Below, piece by piece: positions 61,017 to 64,000 of a stretch of 64,000 bases of DNA. The notes beneath the pieces are model-generated. The model was not told the origin of the DNA. It made no database searches and was given only the letters and a program-made list of their open reading frames with translations. Numbering within the stretch: the stretch's first letter is position 1; the number at the start of each line of letters is the position of its first letter. This DNA is from an uncultured Bacillaceae bacterium. GTDB taxonomy: Bacteria > Bacillota > Bacilli > Bacillales > Caldibacillaceae. The translations under genes and the position numbers were made by a program. The stretch spans positions 27,905 to 91,904 of the forward strand of contig CALGYZ010000023.1 of NCBI GenBank assembly GCA_937934645.1. Reading direction: 5' to 3'.

Positions 61017-61165
61017 CTAAACACAATATGTTCATTAATAAACAAATCGACATCATTACCTTATCACGAACGAAAATGAAACTCAACAAACTGTAAATAT
61101 GCAGAATTCTCTAATTTCGGGAAAATTCCCGGGCGGCAACAAAAAGAAACTTCTTCAATTATTGT

Positions 61166-61196
61166 ATTAAAAAGAACGTGTATTATACACGTTCTT
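61166..61196 (-). terminator. intrinsic terminator overlapping the accA stop
   Basis: Stem GAACGTGTA/TACACGTTC with the TAA stop in the loop, followed on the minus strand by TTTTTAAT. Confidence 0.75.
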
Positions 61197-62172
61197 CAAC
61201 AAACTCCTTTATATCTTCATATCCGGGATAACTTCCGATGGATGCAAATTTGTTGTACCGGTGATGGACTAATTCTTCCCCGTTCATTTTTCTCAGTTCA
61301 CTCAATGATTTTTCAAGCTCGCGATCAATAAGTTCCGCCTGTTTCTTTGCATCACGGTGTGCTCCGCCTTTTACCTCCGGAATAATAGCATCAATAATTC
61401 CGAATTCCTTCAAATCCCCGGCTGTTATTTTCATCGATTCGGCAGCCTTTTGTGCCATGCCGGCGTCTTTCCATAAAATTGACGCGGCACCTTCGGGAGA
61501 TATGACAGAGTACGTTGAATTCTCCAGCATTAGAATATGGTTGGCCACCCCTAGAGCCAGGGCACCGCCGCTCCCGCCTTCACCGATCACAATGGAAATA
61601 ACCGGTACTGAAAGTCCTGCCATTTCAAATAAATTGCGGGCAATGGCTTCACTTTGGCCTCTTTCTTCAGCGGCTTTTCCCGGGTACGCACCTTTAGTAT
61701 CAATAAAGCATATGACCGGACGGTTAAATTTCTCGGCCTGCAGCATGAGCCGCAAAGCTTTCCGGTAACCTTCCGGATGGGGCATACCAAAGTTTCTGCG
61801 GATATTTTCCTTTGTATTTTTTCCCCGCTGGTGGCCAACGACCGTTACGGGTTGCCCTTTGTATCTGGCAATACCGCCGACAATTGCCTGATCATCGCCG
61901 AACGACCTGTCACCGTGGCATTCGAAGAAATCTTCGAACAAATATTGGATATAATCCAATGTAGTCGGTCTTTCCGCATGACGCGCGATTTGGACCCGTT
62001 CCCACGGCTTTAGATTTTTATATACTTCTTCTTCCAGTTTTTGCAGACGGTCTTCAAGCTTTTTAATTTCATCCGTCAGGTCAACGTCGGCACTTTTTGT
62101 TATTTCCTTTAACTCATCGATTTTTTTCCGTAAATCAATGATCGGCTTTTCAAATTCCAGCTCTCCGATCAT
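61183..62172 (-). CDS. accA: acetyl-CoA carboxylase carboxyltransferase alpha subunit
   Basis: 329 aa, with [19 protein letters not shown] and [17 protein letters not shown] overlap with the accD stop. Confidence 0.95.
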   Translation of the reverse strand: MIGELEFEKPIIDLRKKIDELKEITKSADVDLTDEIKKLEDRLQKLEEEVYKNLKPWERVQIARHAERPTTLDYIQYLFEDFFECHGDRSFGDDQAIVGGIARYKGQPVTVVGHQRGKNTKENIRRNFGMPHPEGYRKALRLMLQAEKFNRPVICFIDTKGAYPGKAAEERGQSEAIARNLFEMAGLSVPVISIVIGEGGSGGALALGVANHILMLENSTYSVISPEGAASILWKDAGMAQKAAESMKITAGDLKEFGIIDAIIPEVKGGAHRDAKKQAELIDRELEKSLSELRKMNGEELVHHRYNKFASIGSYPGYEDIKEFVEERV

Positions 62173-63032
62173 CCCCTGTCACCTCCGAAACCGTGCAATT
62201 CGAGTAAAAGGGATAGTTTTTCACGTAACTCCTTACGGTGGATCACAGCATCCAGCTGTCCGTGCTCCAGCTGGAATTCAGCAGTCTGGAAATCTTCCGG
62301 AAGCTTCTCGCGGATCGTCTGTTCAATCACCCGTTTTCCGGCAAAACCGATTAAAGCGCCGGGTTCAGCCAAATTCAAATCCCCCAAAGAGGCAAAACTG
62401 GCTGAAACCCCTCCAGTTGTCGGGTGGGTCATAACGGTAATCGTCAATCCGCCGTTATTGCTGAATTTTTTCAATGCTGCGCTTGTTTTCGCCATTTGCA
62501 TCAGGCTCAGTACACCTTCCTGCATCCGAGCGCCGCCGGAAGCAGTAAAAATAATAAACGGCAAACGCATTTCATCAGCTTTTTCAATTGCCCTCCGGAT
62601 CTTTTCACCGACAACCGTTCCCATACTGCCCATGCGGAATGTGGAATCCATCACCGCAATCACAATCTCTTTATTTTCGATCATACCGGTTCCGGTCACA
62701 ACCGCTTCATTCATCTTTGTTTTTTCACGATCTTTTGCAAGTTTTTCCTCATAACCCGAAAAGTTAAGCGGATTTCCCGATGTCATGTGAGCGTCCATTT
62801 CTTTAAAAGAATTTTCATCCAATATTTGTTCCAGCCGTTCTTTTGCATTCAACGGAAAATGATAGTCACAGTGCAAGCATACTTTACTGTTTTCCTTGAG
62901 TTCTTTTGTAAACATCGCCTTCTTGCAATTCGGGCATTTCGTCATAATACCGGTTGGTACCTCTTGTGATGCTTTCGGTGAAGGAATCGTTGCATACGTT
63001 TTTTTATTTTTAGAAAAAATATCTTTCAGCAA
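62169..63032 (-). CDS. accD: acetyl-CoA carboxylase carboxyltransferase beta subunit
   Basis: (L)[16 protein letters not shown]...[15 protein letters not shown]...CLHCDYHF zinc ribbon plus CT domain. Start re-set to TTG 63032 (SD GGGGGA 6 nt upstream). Confidence 0.95.
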   Translation of the reverse strand: MLKDIFSKNKKTYATIPSPKASQEVPTGIMTKCPNCKKAMFTKELKENSKVCLHCDYHFPLNAKERLEQILDENSFKEMDAHMTSGNPLNFSGYEEKLAKDREKTKMNEAVVTGTGMIENKEIVIAVMDSTFRMGSMGTVVGEKIRRAIEKADEMRLPFIIFTASGGARMQEGVLSLMQMAKTSAALKKFSNNGGLTITVMTHPTTGGVSASFASLGDLNLAEPGALIGFAGKRVIEQTIREKLPEDFQTAEFQLEHGQLDAVIHRKELREKLSLLLELHGFGGDRG

Positions 63033-63084
63033 GGTAGTTCCCCCTTGTCTTTCCATTGACTTTTCTGTCAGTAGAACCGTATAA

Positions 63085-63711
63085 TTAACGGTTCGGCTGT
63101 ATACAATCCGTGTTCTTTTGATAAATGTTTAAGGCTTGCTGCCATTCTCCCTTATTAATGGCATCTGCCAGGGCAAAGCAGGTTTCCTTTTTGTTTTTTT
63201 CTCCGGATAATTGCAATGACTGCTCAAACCGGGACAGGATCCGCCAAATTTTCAACAGTAAAAAGTTATCCGTCAATTTCACAAGATTTTCAAAGAAATC
63301 TTCAATTTTCATGTCATTAATTTCTTCCTGTAACCATTGTCCGATCTTTTTCTCTTTATTTACTAACATAAAAATCGTTGCAATTTCCAGCATTCTTTTC
63401 GTCTCGACCACGTCCTTTTTTGCCCGGGCATTATCCAAAATAAATTCGCTTAAAATTTCTACAAGCTGATGTTTCCGGAAATCAAGGATAAAGGTCCCCT
63501 CTCCCCTCCTTGTTTCAATTAAGCCGAGCAGTTCCATGGCCCGCAATGCTTCCCGGACACTGGAACGGCCGGCATTTAACAAGCCGGCTAGTTCACGTTC
63601 CGACGGAAGCTTATCTCCGGGCATCAATTTTTGCTCCTTAATGATTTGTTTTATCTTTTTTAAAATTTCCAAATAAACTTTCGACTGATTTGCCTGTTCC
63701 GACACATTCAA
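63085..63711 (-). CDS. GntR-family (FadR/FCD subfamily) transcriptional regulator
   Basis: N-terminal w[50 protein letters not shown] plus an all-helical C-terminal domain. It starts 6 nt after the malic enzyme stop and ends about 50 nt before accD. Start is TTG 63711 or GTG 63705. Confidence 0.85.
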   Translation of the reverse strand: MNVSEQANQSKVYLEILKKIKQIIKEQKLMPGDKLPSERELAGLLNAGRSSVREALRAMELLGLIETRRGEGTFILDFRKHQLVEILSEFILDNARAKKDVVETKRMLEIATIFMLVNKEKKIGQWLQEEINDMKIEDFFENLVKLTDNFLLLKIWRILSRFEQSLQLSGEKNKKETCFALADAINKGEWQQALNIYQKNTDCIQPNR

Positions 63712-63717
63712 TCACCA

Positions 63718-64000
63718 CTATTTTATCGTTGCAAGCTGTTTTGTTTGTTCATAGACTTGTACCGGGTCTGTATGAATCCGCGCAACGCCGGATTTCATCG
63801 CAGCCTTTGCCACGGCTTCCGCCACTCTCGGAGCCACTTCCGGGTTCAAAGGCTTCGGTATGATATAATCCGGTGCCAATTCATCATCACTGATGATATT
63901 GGCAATGGCTTCCACAGCAGCATGTTTCATTTGATCGTTGATTTCTGTTGCCCTTACTGCCAAAGCTCCCCGGAAAATACCCGGAAAGGCAAGCACGTTG
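63718..64000 (-). CDS. NAD(P)-dependent malic enzyme, C-terminal part (N-terminus beyond window end)
   Basis: ...VLAFPGIFRGALAVRATEINDQMKHAAVEAIANIISDDELAPDYIIPKPLNPEVAPRVAEAVAKAAMKSGVAR is a typical malic enzyme C-terminus. Position corresponds to B. subtilis ytsJ. Confidence 0.85.
   Translation of the reverse strand, partial: NVLAFPGIFRGALAVRATEINDQMKHAAVEAIANIISDDELAPDYIIPKPLNPEVAPRVAEAVAKAAMKSGVARIHTDPVQVYEQTKQLATIK

Overview
This window looks like conserved core chromosome of a Bacillaceae (Firmicutes). From my memory of the B. subtilis 168 map, gene order follows the ysnB-rdgB-gerM-racE-gerE-sdhCAB-uvrC-trxA-etfBA-fadR-lcfA-mutS2-polX-pheST-sspI-ysdC-rplT-rpmI-infC-thrS-dnaI-dnaB-nrdR-gapB-coaE-mutM-polA-phoPR-icd-citZ-pyk-pfkA-accAD region. 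About 57 of roughly 66 genes are on the minus strand. I support about 64 protein genes, two monocistronic tRNA-Arg genes (CCU, UCU), two T-box leaders (pheS with a UUC specifier, thrS with ACC), an L20-type attenuator ahead of infC, one FadR operator, and many intrinsic terminators and sigma-A-like promoters. Many ORF-track N-termini are over-extended; I re-set starts wherever a Shine-Dalgarno (SD) sequence, an upstream terminator and ortholog length agree. I found no CRISPR array, transposase, integrase, toxin-antitoxin pair or recognisable defence island. I cannot honestly point to a convincing new multi-gene system. The non-core signals are modest: (1) a self-contained hflK-hflC (SPFH) unit between polA and phoR, preceded by a 12-bp x3.5 tandem repeat; (2) a ~1.4-kb islet between ysdC and ysdB holding a promoter-fused ABC-ATPase remnant, a small 2-TM ORF with an ATA start position, and a lone dUTPase; (3) an unannotated 25-codon hydrophobic sORF with SD and terminator after mutS2; (4) an apparent AUC start for infC, with a competing out-of-frame TTG; (5) a 630-bp AT-rich ORF-free gap upstream of citZ carrying a perfect dyad and triple direct repeat; (6) several synteny losses relative to B. 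subtilis (mdh, rph, lysC, rnhC, speD, ytwI). All functional calls rest on reading the translations and on recalled family features; no database search was run.
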